Assembly: GCA_040390065.1 (NCBI GenBank)
Contig: JAZJZE010000005.1
Location: 245,170 to 309,169, forward strand
Direction: 5' to 3'
DNA from: a bacterium
GTDB lineage: Archaea; Thermoplasmatota; E2; JACPAO01; JAHFTW01
Length of the DNA: 64,000 nt
Numbering within the stretch: position 1 is the first letter of the stretch; the number at the start of each line of letters is the position of its first letter. This document shows, piece by piece, positions 1 to 9,215 of this stretch. The notes beneath the pieces were generated by a model, which worked only from the letters and a program-made list of their open reading frames with translations, made no database searches and was not told where the DNA came from. The position numbers were made by a program, and so were the translations under genes.

Positions 1-30
1 CCCCCCCGCCGCCGGGGCAGGAGACGAATC

Positions 31-180
31 ATGAACCCCAAGACGCTCGAGACGGCCGAAGCATTCCTTCGCCGCACCTACAAAGACGAGAAGGGCCACA
101 CCCCGACCGACGAACAGCTCACCGATTGGTGCTTCATCCAATGGGCGGAGCACGTCAAACAAGGAGGCCGGCGAGAATGA
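31..180 (+). CDS. Small hypothetical protein (49 aa, MNPKTLETAEAF...)
   Basis: ATG preceded by CAGGAG; its TGA overlaps the next ATG (ATGA). Not listed in the ORF track. Confidence 0.55.
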   Translation: MNPKTLETAEAFLRRTYKDEKGHTPTDEQLTDWCFIQWAEHVKQGGRRE

Positions 181-461
181 CCGATGCCCTGGAAAGTGAA
201 GCCACGCCGGCGAGCGGGTTTGGAACCACGATCCAAACCGGGGACGCCTGCGAGGGCCCCACGCCGCTGGATTTGATGCAAGGCCTGCCCTACGTCCGCC
301 ATGAAGCCAATGCGGGCGGCGCAACCATCCACCTGCTGTTCCGGGGGATTGAGCGAAGCGTGACTGGCGGTAGCCTGCGGTTAAGCGGGCAGCTAGCTCC
401 AGGCTCGAGGGTCGCAGTCTTGGCTGTTCAGCGTGAGCTTCTCGCGGTGGTGCTCGAATGA
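177..461 (+). CDS. Hypothetical protein (94 aa)
   Basis: AGGAGG upstream of ATG177; ATGA overlaps on both sides. Confidence 0.55.
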   Translation: MTDALESEATPASGFGTTIQTGDACEGPTPLDLMQGLPYVRHEANAGGATIHLLFRGIERSVTGGSLRLSGQLAPGSRVAVLAVQRELLAVVLE

Positions 462-2008
462 AGACGGGCATCCTGCCCGTATCTGGGCCCGCCGCGACCG
501 CAAGTCAACAAAACGACTCGCCGACACCCTTTAAGAAGGGAAACGTGGGCGGGGCTATAGCCGAACCCACGGGTTCTGCTTCAAATATGTCGCCGGAGGC
601 CTACTTCAAGGACAACCTTGAGCCGGCCCTCAAAAGCGCGGTCGCGGCCGGCATCCACGGGGTGGTCGTTCCACCGCGGGCAGCCTCCATCCGGGCGCTG
701 CGGCGTGTGTTCGTGTACGTGCGAGGCAGTACCCAGGACCAGGAGGATAGCATCTTCACGCAGCTGGAGGACATCCTTCGCGCGTGCGAGCGCGAGGACT
801 TCGAGGTGGTTCGCATCTTTTGGGATCTCCAATCGGGGACGAAGGGCGCGGACCGGCGGCCAGGGCTCGCGGCCCTGAAACAGGCAGCCCACGAGATCCA
901 GGCAGGCTCGACCGAGGGGGTGGTCGGCGTCATCGTCTGGCACATGAATCGCTTCAGCCGTGACGTTCGTTGCGGCCTGCTCGACCTCTTCGAGCTCAGC
1001 GACGCCCAGTGCCCAGTAATCTTTCCGCGACGCCGCGGCCGCCTTCAGGTGGCCAACATGGACGACTCCAACGACATCGTCGAAGCGGTTATTGCCCTAG
1101 CAGACGCGGCAGATGACCTAGACGAACACGTCGCCAAGATTCGCCGCGGCCTTCGCTCCCTGCTGCGCAAGGGCATCCACCCTTCGCCTGGTCGCGATTC
1201 GATGTATTGGATCTTCATTCCGTCCGCGATCGCGACGCGGCGCGGCCGCCCGCACAAGCTGGTGGCAGTCAACCCCAATCCCATCATTCCGTACCGCGCG
1301 CTTGCGGCAGTCCTCGTCGCGTTCCCTGAATACGCCGTGGCCCAGACTCTGGCGCGGCTGGTCGGCCGCACGCTAGCTGAGTTTCTTGAGGAATTGCAGC
1401 TCCGATGGGCAATCGGCGATTTCCGGTTTGGAGTCGCCCTCGACGATCCAGAGATGCCCAGCAATCCGCGGCCCATCGCGGTCACGGACGACGCCACATT
1501 TTCCAAAGTCAGTACCATATGCCAAGCCCTCCATGCCGCCGGCCGGACCACGAGGCGCGAAGTCCAGACAGAGCTGGCCATCAAGGCGCGGACCATCGAA
1601 TACTGGGTCAGGTTGCGGCGCCAGGATATCATGATCCGATGTGGGAAGCCCCTGGGCATGCGGCGCAACGGCAAGCCAAAGTCTTGCGGTGCCCCTCTTC
1701 GGCTCAAGGTCGCAAGTTCAACGGAGCACCCGGGCAAGGATGTCCTGGAGTGCTGCAATGGCCACACGCGAATCTGGCCGCCTAACGAGGTACTCCAGGA
1801 GGTTGCGTCCGATCGGCCCCCGTTCTGCGCCCGGTGCGGCGTATACGATCACGTGGAGATCGATGTCCGTCGCTCGTCGGCGACATGCACGGTGTTCGAG
1901 TGCAAGCGGTGCGCCCTACGAATGCAGGCCTTTGGGAACCTGTTGCCTCGCCCGGGCCAGAAACACAAGCCGCGGCCTCGGGCGGACGGCCAGGCGACTT
2001 TGCCTTAG
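458..2008 (+). CDS. Large serine recombinase-like protein with Cys-rich C-terminus
   Basis: YVRGSTQDQ catalytic-Ser motif, DLQSG..RPGL, NRFSRD; C-terminal CxxC pairs. Confidence 0.8.
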   Translation: MKTGILPVSGPAATASQQNDSPTPFKKGNVGGAIAEPTGSASNMSPEAYFKDNLEPALKSAVAAGIHGVVVPPRAASIRALRRVFVYVRGSTQDQEDSIFTQLEDILRACEREDFEVVRIFWDLQSGTKGADRRPGLAALKQAAHEIQAGSTEGVVGVIVWHMNRFSRDVRCGLLDLFELSDAQCPVIFPRRRGRLQVANMDDSNDIVEAVIALADAADDLDEHVAKIRRGLRSLLRKGIHPSPGRDSMYWIFIPSAIATRRGRPHKLVAVNPNPIIPYRALAAVLVAFPEYAVAQTLARLVGRTLAEFLEELQLRWAIGDFRFGVALDDPEMPSNPRPIAVTDDATFSKVSTICQALHAAGRTTRREVQTELAIKARTIEYWVRLRRQDIMIRCGKPLGMRRNGKPKSCGAPLRLKVASSTEHPGKDVLECCNGHTRIWPPNEVLQEVASDRPPFCARCGVYDHVEIDVRRSSATCTVFECKRCALRMQAFGNLLPRPGQKHKPRPRADGQATLP

Positions 2009-2949
2009 AGAGGGTTGGCGTCCTCGGTCAGGCTGGCGAAGTACTGGTCGAAGACGCGGTCAATCGACTCTTCCCGCGCGGAGCGGCTGGCCGGCCTCCC
2101 GCGACGGGGGGCGCTCGCCAGCCGCTGCCGCGTCTGCTCCCACCGCGCTGGCGGCACAATGGCAAGCTTAGCCTTCTCCACGGTGACTCCACTTTGTACC
2201 ACCCGTCCGCAATAGAGGGGGTTCTCGAAGACGAGGCGCACGCGCTCGGCGGTCCATTCGCCTCGCGGATGATAGGCACCCGATTGGTTGAGTCCGTGTG
2301 CCGTCTCGTTCAGGCTGCCTTTGGTGTCGAAGAAGTCGTACACCTGCACAATCATCACTGCTTCCTTCGGCTCTACCCGTAGGAAGTGCCCCTTCGTAAG
2401 GCGGAACCCAAGTGGGACGCTGGACCTCGTCCAGCGGCCGTCGCGAGCCTGCCTGTACATGCCAAGCTCGATGCGTTCGCGGTTGATGTCTTTCTCAAGT
2501 TGCGCAGCGTTCGCCAGGGTGCCAAACAGGAACCGGCCAATCGGCGTGGTCGTGTCAATTGGTTCGGTACAACTCACGATGGCGACCCCATTCTTCCGCA
2601 GTAACTCCTCAATGGCGACCGCGTGGGCAAGGCTGCGTGCCAGCCGGTCAATTTTCCAGACCACGACCGTAGCGATCGCCCTCTCCTCTGCGAGGTCCAT
2701 CAGGCGCTGGAAGCCTGGCCGCGTTGGGTCGTCGCCCTTGAGGGCCTGATCGGCCAACTGATAGCGGACCTTCCAATTGCGGGCCTCGCAAAGCGCTCGG
2801 CAAACATCAAGCTGGCCGGGTATCGTCTTTTGCTTAGGGCCAGAAACGCGGCCGTACAGCGCTGCTCCTGTCTGGTCCGTTTGCTTGGTTCGTACCACTT
2901 CCAGGCGCGGCAGTTCGTCGAGGTCGCCGGTACCGTGCTGGCGTAACAT
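2005..2949 (-). CDS. Serine recombinase (resolvase plus recombinase domain)
   Basis: ALYGRVS, RPGFQRLM, WKIDRLARS, IDTTTPIGR, PLGF, NPLYCG motifs; start approximate. Confidence 0.88.
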   Translation of the reverse strand: MLRQHGTGDLDELPRLEVVRTKQTDQTGAALYGRVSGPKQKTIPGQLDVCRALCEARNWKVRYQLADQALKGDDPTRPGFQRLMDLAEERAIATVVVWKIDRLARSLAHAVAIEELLRKNGVAIVSCTEPIDTTTPIGRFLFGTLANAAQLEKDINRERIELGMYRQARDGRWTRSSVPLGFRLTKGHFLRVEPKEAVMIVQVYDFFDTKGSLNETAHGLNQSGAYHPRGEWTAERVRLVFENPLYCGRVVQSGVTVEKAKLAIVPPARWEQTRQRLASAPRRGRPASRSAREESIDRVFDQYFASLTEDANPL

Positions 2950-3215
2950 TGGCAGGAGACATCGGGCCGATGGTAATGAACCAGCCCAGCAAACATGCCG
3001 CTCTGGATTCAATTCAGTCGTCGACGGCGAAGCACAGGTCGTCGGTCTCGCAGTAGGCCCACGTCGCAATGGTCCTCCAATTCGTCGTACTGCGCTTGTC
3101 GGACGCGTCCTGGAAGTAGATGCGACGCGCCGCGGCGCTGCATTTGGGGCAGTAAATCCGCGGCTGGTTGGCCATGATGGCCGGGGAAGCGCTTCCGGAC
3201 TTACCGCTGAGCCAC

Positions 3216-3309
3216 TATATCGATATTAAGCGCCCTGTGGGGCGGGAAGATTGCGGCAAGTTCTGGCTGGTTTCGAATTGAATTCCCAAACTTTCATAAT
3301 ATCGATATT
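3216..3309. promoter_or_regulatory. Two copies of the palindrome ATATCGATAT
   Basis: TATATCGATATT at 3216-3227 and AATATCGATATT at 3298-3309 in an AT-rich spacer. Confidence 0.4.
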
Positions 3310-3395
3310 GTTCGGATGGAACTGGTGCATCCCATGGACCACCTCCGCACGACGACGAAAGCCAGCCCGGTATGGATTGCGATAGAGCCGGTTAG

Positions 3396-3470
3396 TAGCG
3401 GGGAGTCGATTTGAACGACTGGTCTACGGGTTATGAGCCCGTCGGGATTTCCTGGCTACCCCACCCCGCT
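3396..3470 (-). tRNA. tRNA-Met(CAT), initiator
   Basis: Cloverleaf AGCGGGG...CTCATAA...TTCAAAT...CCCCGCTA; A1-U72 pair and three consecutive G-C pairs in the anticodon stem; CCA not encoded. Confidence 0.96.
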
Positions 3471-3626
3471 GGAATGGTGCACCTTTCCCGTCGGGTGCAA
3501 GTCGGGCGACTGGCGTCCTCGTTATGAAGGCGACGGTGGGGCTTGGCTGTCGACGGTGTCGGGATGGGGATGGGCTGTTTCGGGCCTCGGTTCGGGCGGC
3601 TGCTGGGGCGATTGGCCCTTACCCTT

Positions 3627-5408
3627 ATGGCGGTGGGATGGGTGGCGGATGACGTGCAGGTTCGTCACGGCGTGGCTTGGCTCATTGCGGGCACGGCTGG
3701 CGAGGGCTTGGAGGCTGGCGGTGAGACGTTTTCGCGGGCTCTTGCCGCGTTGGGCTATCGGCCGACGACGCAGCGCGATTTTCCTAGTCGGATCCGCGGT
3801 GGCGACACGACGTTCACGGTGCGGTTGACGCCGGAGGGTTTCCTGGTTCCGCCGGCGCGCATCGACGTGGCGTTGGCGTTCAATGATACGGTGCTGCCGC
3901 GCATCGATGAGCGCATGGATGCTTCGGGTCTCCTCCTCGTCGACGATGGTGTTGCGGCATACGTTCCGGCAAGCGGCGTGCGTATCGAATCGTTCCCATT
4001 TACGGCGCTTGCGAAGCAGGTGGGGTTCGAGCGGGCGAAGAACATGGTGGCCCTCGGGGCGTCGGCGGCCTTGCTTGGCGTCGAGTTGGCGGCGTTGGAT
4101 GCGTCGGTGGCGGAGCAGTTTGGCTCGAAGGGTGAGAAGGTGTTGGCCCTCAACCGTGCGGCGTTGCAGGCGGGGCACGCGGAGGCCGTGAAGCGGTTCG
4201 GGGCTCGGCCGCGCGTCTCGATCCCGGTGCCGCGCAAGATTCCGACGCTGTTTCTGTCCGGCAACGAGGCGGCCTGCCTTGGGGCATTGGCTGCGGGCTG
4301 TCGGGTGGCGGCTGCATATCCAATCACGCCGGCCTCGGACATCTTGGAGTACTTGACGCCGCGACTCATGGCCCTTGGGGGCACGGCCCTGCAGATGGAG
4401 GACGAGTTGGCGGCCGTCAACATCCTCGTCGGTTCCGGCTTCGCTGGGGCCAAGGCGTTGACGGCGACGTCGGGTCCTGGCTTGTCGCTCATGACGGAGG
4501 CGATTGGGCTTGCGGGTTCGACGGAGACGCCGTGCGTCATCGTGGACTGCCAGCGTCCGGGGCCGTCGACGGGCATGCCGACGAAGCACGGCCAGGAGGA
4601 CTTGTGGCACATGATCCACGGGGGGCACGGAGAATTCGTCCGCGTCGTCGTGGCGCCCACGGACGTTGCCGATGCCTTCGCTGCGACGTCGGAGGCCTTC
4701 CGCCTTGCGGAGAGGTTCCGCTGCCCGGCGTTCGTCGCCCTGGACCAGCAGGCCAGCATGTTCAAGCAAGCCGTCGCCCCCTTTGATGTCGTGGCCGAGG
4801 CGGCGCGGCATGGTTCGCGGGCGTCCAACACGCTCCCCGCGGACTCGAATTCCTGGGACCGCACGTACAATCCCTACTACGGCGACGGTTCCGAGCATCC
4901 CGTGCGCGTGGCGATTCCTGGAGAGTCCGGCGGCCGACACTACAGCAACTCTACCGAGCATGCGGCAAGCGGGTTTACCAACGAGGACCCGCGGCTGCGC
5001 GTGGCCATGGTGGACCGGCGCCTGCGTCGCCTTCGAGCAATCGTGGCGGAAGCGCAACGTCCCATCGTCGTCGAGGGCCATGTGGGGAACGACGCACAGT
5101 CGATCCTCGTGTCCTGGGGAAGCAGCGTGGAGGCGTGCCGTGAAGCCGCCGCGCGGGCGGCGTTGGGTGGCCAAAGGGTCCGCGTCGTCGGCATCCGTCT
5201 GCTCTGGCCGTTCCCGACGGCGGCCGTGGCCGCTGCGCTCGCAGGGACGGCGCCCATCTTCGTCGTCGAAGCCAATGCGCTTGGGCAGCTGGCTCGCCTT
5301 CTGCGGTCGGAGTTGCCCGTGCACGCGCGCACGCAATCCGTCCTGCAATACGACGGCCGCCCGATCACCAGCGACACGATCCTCGCCCAGTTGGGGGAAT
5401 CTCCATGA
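3627..5408 (+). CDS. korA: 2-oxoacid:ferredoxin oxidoreductase alpha subunit (gamma-alpha fusion)
   Basis: GTAGEG, SRIRGG, SGNEA, YPITPAS, QMEDE, TATSGPGLSLM, QRPGPSTGMPT; start approximate. Confidence 0.93.
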   Translation: MAVGWVADDVQVRHGVAWLIAGTAGEGLEAGGETFSRALAALGYRPTTQRDFPSRIRGGDTTFTVRLTPEGFLVPPARIDVALAFNDTVLPRIDERMDASGLLLVDDGVAAYVPASGVRIESFPFTALAKQVGFERAKNMVALGASAALLGVELAALDASVAEQFGSKGEKVLALNRAALQAGHAEAVKRFGARPRVSIPVPRKIPTLFLSGNEAACLGALAAGCRVAAAYPITPASDILEYLTPRLMALGGTALQMEDELAAVNILVGSGFAGAKALTATSGPGLSLMTEAIGLAGSTETPCVIVDCQRPGPSTGMPTKHGQEDLWHMIHGGHGEFVRVVVAPTDVADAFAATSEAFRLAERFRCPAFVALDQQASMFKQAVAPFDVVAEAARHGSRASNTLPADSNSWDRTYNPYYGDGSEHPVRVAIPGESGGRHYSNSTEHAASGFTNEDPRLRVAMVDRRLRRLRAIVAEAQRPIVVEGHVGNDAQSILVSWGSSVEACREAAARAALGGQRVRVVGIRLLWPFPTAAVAAALAGTAPIFVVEANALGQLARLLRSELPVHARTQSVLQYDGRPITSDTILAQLGESP

Positions 5409-5665
5409 ACGACCTGCAAGACATCGCCCATGCCGCCCGCCCGCCGATGACCGAGACCGAGTCCTGGAAGGCGCGGCAGAAGCGCTGGTTCGTCGTCGCC
5501 ATGACGGTCGGCCTGGTCTTCTTCGTCGGGGGGTTGGGTTGGATGACGCGGCCCGACCACGACGCGGGTCCGGGCCTGTGGGCAGTCATCCTCGGTTTCC
5601 TCGCAATCCTCGCTGGCGGCTGGTTCGGCTTGCGCGCCCTCGTGGGGGAGCCTCCCGAGGCATGA
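5405..5665 (+). CDS. Small two-TM membrane protein
   Basis: Two hydrophobic segments; ATGA-coupled to korA. Confidence 0.7.
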   Translation: MNDLQDIAHAARPPMTETESWKARQKRWFVVAMTVGLVFFVGGLGWMTRPDHDAGPGLWAVILGFLAILAGGWFGLRALVGEPPEA

Positions 5666-5886
5666 CGCGGCGCCAATGGGTCCGCCGCATGATGACGGCG
5701 GCCGCCCTTCTCCTCGTGCTCGGCCTTGCCCTGCTCCTCACGGGCTCCCTCCTGACGGGGCACGGCGTGCAGCCCAGGACCGGCGTCGCCATCGGCCTCA
5801 CGGGCGTCTTCCTCCTGACGGCGGGCGGCCTGTGCGGCAAGTTCGCCATTGCCGGCCCCTACCCGAAGAACGTGGAGGCCGAATGA
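5662..5886 (+). CDS. Small two-TM membrane protein (74 aa)
   Basis: MTRRQWVRR... with two hydrophobic segments; ATGA-coupled on both sides. Confidence 0.65.
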   Translation: MTRRQWVRRMMTAAALLLVLGLALLLTGSLLTGHGVQPRTGVAIGLTGVFLLTAGGLCGKFAIAGPYPKNVEAE

Positions 5887-6791
5887 CTGCGCTGCCGACG
5901 GCGCCGCTGTCGTTCAAGGATTTCAAGGGCAAGGATCCAATCTGGTGTCCGGGCTGCGGCGACTTCGGTGTCCTCACGGCGCTGCAGAAGGCGGCGGCGA
6001 ACCTGGCCCTCGACCCCGACCAGACGGTGCTTGCGACGGGCATCGGCTGCTCGGGGAACATCACGGCCTACTTCCGCACCTACGGCATCCACGGCATCCA
6101 CGGCCGCGTCCTGCCATTGGCCACCGGCGTGAAGGTCGCCAATCCGGAGCTGACCGTCATCGCGGCTGGGGGCGACGGCGACGGCTTCGGCATCGGCCTG
6201 TCGCATTTCCTGCACGCGGCGCGGCGCAACGTCGACATCACGTACCTCGTCATGGACAACCAGGTGTACGGTCTCACGAAGGGGCAGACGTCGCCGACGA
6301 CGCCGACCTCGATGAGCACCAAGGCCAGCCCACTCGGCCCGCTCGCAACACCACTCAATCCCCTGGCACTGGCGCTCTCCGCAGGCGCCACCTTCGTCGC
6401 ACAAGGCTACGCGGCCAAGCAGGCCGAACTCGTCGCCCTCATCGAAGCAGGCATCAGACACAAGGGGTTCTCGTTCATCAACGCCCAAAGCCCGTGCGTG
6501 ACGTACAATCTCGTGAACACGTACGACTGGTTCAAGGACAACCTCGCCCCCGTCGCCGAGCACGACACCTCCGACTGGGACGCCGCCATGCGCATCGCCA
6601 ACAATCGCGAGAAGGTGCCCGTCGGCCTCCTGTACCAGGCGGAGCGACCCACGTTCCACGAGATGAGCCACCCGCTCAAACCAGACGCAGGCGCCGTCGG
6701 CCCCATCGCGGCGGCGGCCAATCCGGCGCTAGCACAGCAGGCAAGCGCCCAACGCTTCGCCGAGTGGCTGGATGAGTTTCGCGTGCGCTAA
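5883..6791 (+). CDS. korB: 2-oxoacid:ferredoxin oxidoreductase beta subunit (TPP-binding)
   Basis: WCPGCG, GIGCS, HGR, GDGD..DNQVYGLTKGQ, SPC motifs. Confidence 0.95.
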   Translation: MTALPTAPLSFKDFKGKDPIWCPGCGDFGVLTALQKAAANLALDPDQTVLATGIGCSGNITAYFRTYGIHGIHGRVLPLATGVKVANPELTVIAAGGDGDGFGIGLSHFLHAARRNVDITYLVMDNQVYGLTKGQTSPTTPTSMSTKASPLGPLATPLNPLALALSAGATFVAQGYAAKQAELVALIEAGIRHKGFSFINAQSPCVTYNLVNTYDWFKDNLAPVAEHDTSDWDAAMRIANNREKVPVGLLYQAERPTFHEMSHPLKPDAGAVGPIAAAANPALAQQASAQRFAEWLDEFRVR

Positions 6792-8572
6792 TACCGGACG
6801 GTCCGCCGCGGCTTGTCCGGCGACGACCCGCCCTTCGCCTTCGACGACTTTCCTGCGCCAAGCCAGGCCTTGCGGCGGCGCGTCGCGGCTGCATCGCCCT
6901 TGCGAAGCGTGATGGAAATCTTGTCCTTGGGCAGTTCCACGAGCGGGACTTCCAGCGTGCGCAGCCGGCCTTCCCGGAAGACCACGACGTCGGCCAGCGT
7001 TCCCTTCTTCTGGCCGGCAGCCCAGTCCGCGAAGCGGTCGGCCTTCCACTTGTAGCCCTGCGCCGCGACGACCTCGTCGTCGGGCTGCAGCACCTTGAAC
7101 GCCGGGACGTCTTCGGGGATGCGTTCGATCTGCGTCGTGCCTGCCTTGAACTGGATGCCCAGGCCGTTGCGCTTCTTGGGCTCCTTCCATCCATGCTGGA
7201 CCTTCCAACCGAGGTCGTGCAGGGCCTTCTCGATGGGTAATTCCTGCGTGCCGTCGACCCAGTGGGCAAGGACGCGACGCACATCGAGGCCCGTCGCTTG
7301 CTCGACGACGTCGGGGAAGGCGTCCTCGGTCAGGCCCATGCCGGTGCGGCCGTGCTTGCGCCACATGTGTTGCATCACGCGGTCCAAGCCGTCGGCCACG
7401 CCATGCATGCGAAGATGCGCGTCCAGGCACAGGCCGACGAACAGGCCCTTCGTGTAGTAGCTCACGTTGCGGTTGATGTTGTGCTCGTGCGGTTGGTACA
7501 GCAGCGTCCAGGTGAGCCGGCTTGCCTGCGCAACGCTCAGACGCCTGCGCCCGAGGGCCTTCTCGTAGAACTCCATCATCTCGGCGGCCTGCTTGGCCCA
7601 CGACTCGGCGTCGACGACCTTGGCGCGGTGCAGGATGGGAAGTTCGTAGTAGCTCGTGAAGCCCTCGAACAGCCAGAGAAGGTCCGTGTACGTCTCACGC
7701 TGCAAATCGTAGGGCTGAAACGCTGCCGGCAGCACGCGCTTGACGTTCCACGTGTGGAAGAACTCGTGCGCAACCAGGGGCAGCAGGTTGGCCTGGATCT
7801 TTTCCTCCGCGACGAGCGAGTTTGGGTCCAGGCCGAGGACCGTGCTGTTGCGGTGTTCCAGGCCGCCGCCGTGGCCGTCGGCGACGTGGGCGATGAAGGT
7901 GTAGTGCTCGTATGGCGCCTGGCCCCAGATCTTGATGGTCGTGCGGCAGACCGACGCGACGTCGCGCAGGATGCGACGCCAATTCGCGTGTGCCGTGGGC
8001 TTCCATACGACGAGGCGGTGGCGACGCCCGGCGACATCGAAACGACCCACATGGTACTCCGCTGGCGGACCACATTCGATCGGGCAGTCGATGAGGTGAT
8101 CGTAGTCCGACGCCACATCGAGCGTGCCGTCATGGCGTGCGGTCTCGAGGCCCGACCAGACGCGCCACCCGGCCGGTTTCCGGATGACTACGCGGTGCGG
8201 CAAGCCGCGGCTATGCTCGTCGTACAGGACCAACGTCGGCGCAAACAGGTGCGCGTGGTCCGCGGTGACGTGGCTCGCCCCGACCGAGAGTTCGCGGGCG
8301 TACACCCGGTAGGAAAGCTCCACGACCTTGCCCTTGCAGCCCAACACGACCCATTCGTCCTTGCCGACCTGCTCGACTTGGGTGGCGTGGCCCGCGACCT
8401 TGCCGCCAAGATCCTGCACGTTGCGCCCGAAGTCGCGGATCCTGTAGGAGCCCGGGACCCATGCGGGCATGCGAAACGAGCGGCGGTCGGTGGCGTGGGC
8501 TGGATATCGCACCGTCACGCGGACGAGGTGCGTCTCCGGTTCGCGGATGTCGTAGCTGACGGAGACGGGCAC
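6788..8572 (-). CDS. M61 family metallopeptidase (glycyl aminopeptidase) with PDZ-like C-terminus
   Basis: MPAWVPGSY, GGGLEH, HEFFHTWN, LWLFEGFTSYY, SYYTKG. Confidence 0.92.
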   Translation of the reverse strand: MPVSVSYDIREPETHLVRVTVRYPAHATDRRSFRMPAWVPGSYRIRDFGRNVQDLGGKVAGHATQVEQVGKDEWVVLGCKGKVVELSYRVYARELSVGASHVTADHAHLFAPTLVLYDEHSRGLPHRVVIRKPAGWRVWSGLETARHDGTLDVASDYDHLIDCPIECGPPAEYHVGRFDVAGRRHRLVVWKPTAHANWRRILRDVASVCRTTIKIWGQAPYEHYTFIAHVADGHGGGLEHRNSTVLGLDPNSLVAEEKIQANLLPLVAHEFFHTWNVKRVLPAAFQPYDLQRETYTDLLWLFEGFTSYYELPILHRAKVVDAESWAKQAAEMMEFYEKALGRRRLSVAQASRLTWTLLYQPHEHNINRNVSYYTKGLFVGLCLDAHLRMHGVADGLDRVMQHMWRKHGRTGMGLTEDAFPDVVEQATGLDVRRVLAHWVDGTQELPIEKALHDLGWKVQHGWKEPKKRNGLGIQFKAGTTQIERIPEDVPAFKVLQPDDEVVAAQGYKWKADRFADWAAGQKKGTLADVVVFREGRLRTLEVPLVELPKDKISITLRKGDAAATRRRKAWLGAGKSSKAKGGSSPDKPRRTVRY

Positions 8573-8615
8573 ACCCGGGGCACAAGGCCGCGGCGTTTAG
8601 CCCACACGGTCCGCG

Positions 8616-9149
8616 TCACTGGGTCACGAAGGTGCCGTCCACGGACCAAGCCTGGTCGAGGACGGCAGCGACGTAGGCGGCACCGTTGGGGACCTGACTG
8701 TCGGGAAACACGTAGACGGCCACGCCGTCGTGGTCGCCTTTGGCGATGTCGCCGCGGGCGTTGAGCGGCGAGGCGCCGTCGAAGGCAAGGCCCTCCGCGA
8801 ACTGGAAGCACCCGTTGCCGCAGGAATCGTAGCTCATCACCCAGACGTGGAGCGTCTGTGTCGTGGGGCTGGACGGCGCCCATGTCACGTTGAGGGCGAA
8901 CTGCGTGACACTGTTGCCATCGAACGGCTGGATCAGGCTTGTGCCCTGCGGAACGACGGATCCCCCGGCCGGCAATGGGCCGCCAACCTCCCAGCGGGCC
9001 CCCGTGTGGAAGTAGCCCTGCCAGGAGAAGGCGTGGGTCACCGGTCCCGACCAAGCGGGTGGCTGCGGATCGGTCGAAACCTGCGCGGGCTCGGACGGCG
9101 TGGCGCAACCGGCGGCGAGGATGAGGAAAGCAGCGACGAGCAGGCGCAT
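8616..9149 (-). CDS. Putative lipoprotein
   Basis: Signal peptide with LAAGC lipobox. Confidence 0.7.
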   Translation of the reverse strand: MRLLVAAFLILAAGCATPSEPAQVSTDPQPPAWSGPVTHAFSWQGYFHTGARWEVGGPLPAGGSVVPQGTSLIQPFDGNSVTQFALNVTWAPSSPTTQTLHVWVMSYDSCGNGCFQFAEGLAFDGASPLNARGDIAKGDHDGVAVYVFPDSQVPNGAAYVAAVLDQAWSVDGTFVTQ

Positions 9150-9215
9150 GGGATTGGCGATTCCTGGCGGAACAAAGGCATTGTGGCGATGTCGGGCCCA
9201 ACCGGAAACGTCCGC

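Larger units (their letters stand above)
1..3395. mobile_element. Right-hand part of a putative integrative element/genomic island abutting the tRNA-iMet 3' end
   Basis: Two serine recombinase genes, small coupled ORFs with SD sites, and codon usage visibly unlike the core genes; ends at the tRNA 3' end. The other boundary is outside the window. Confidence 0.7.

Noticed and set aside
1-3395. att direct repeat of the tRNA-iMet 3' end
   Set aside because: No second copy is visible in this window; it may lie upstream.
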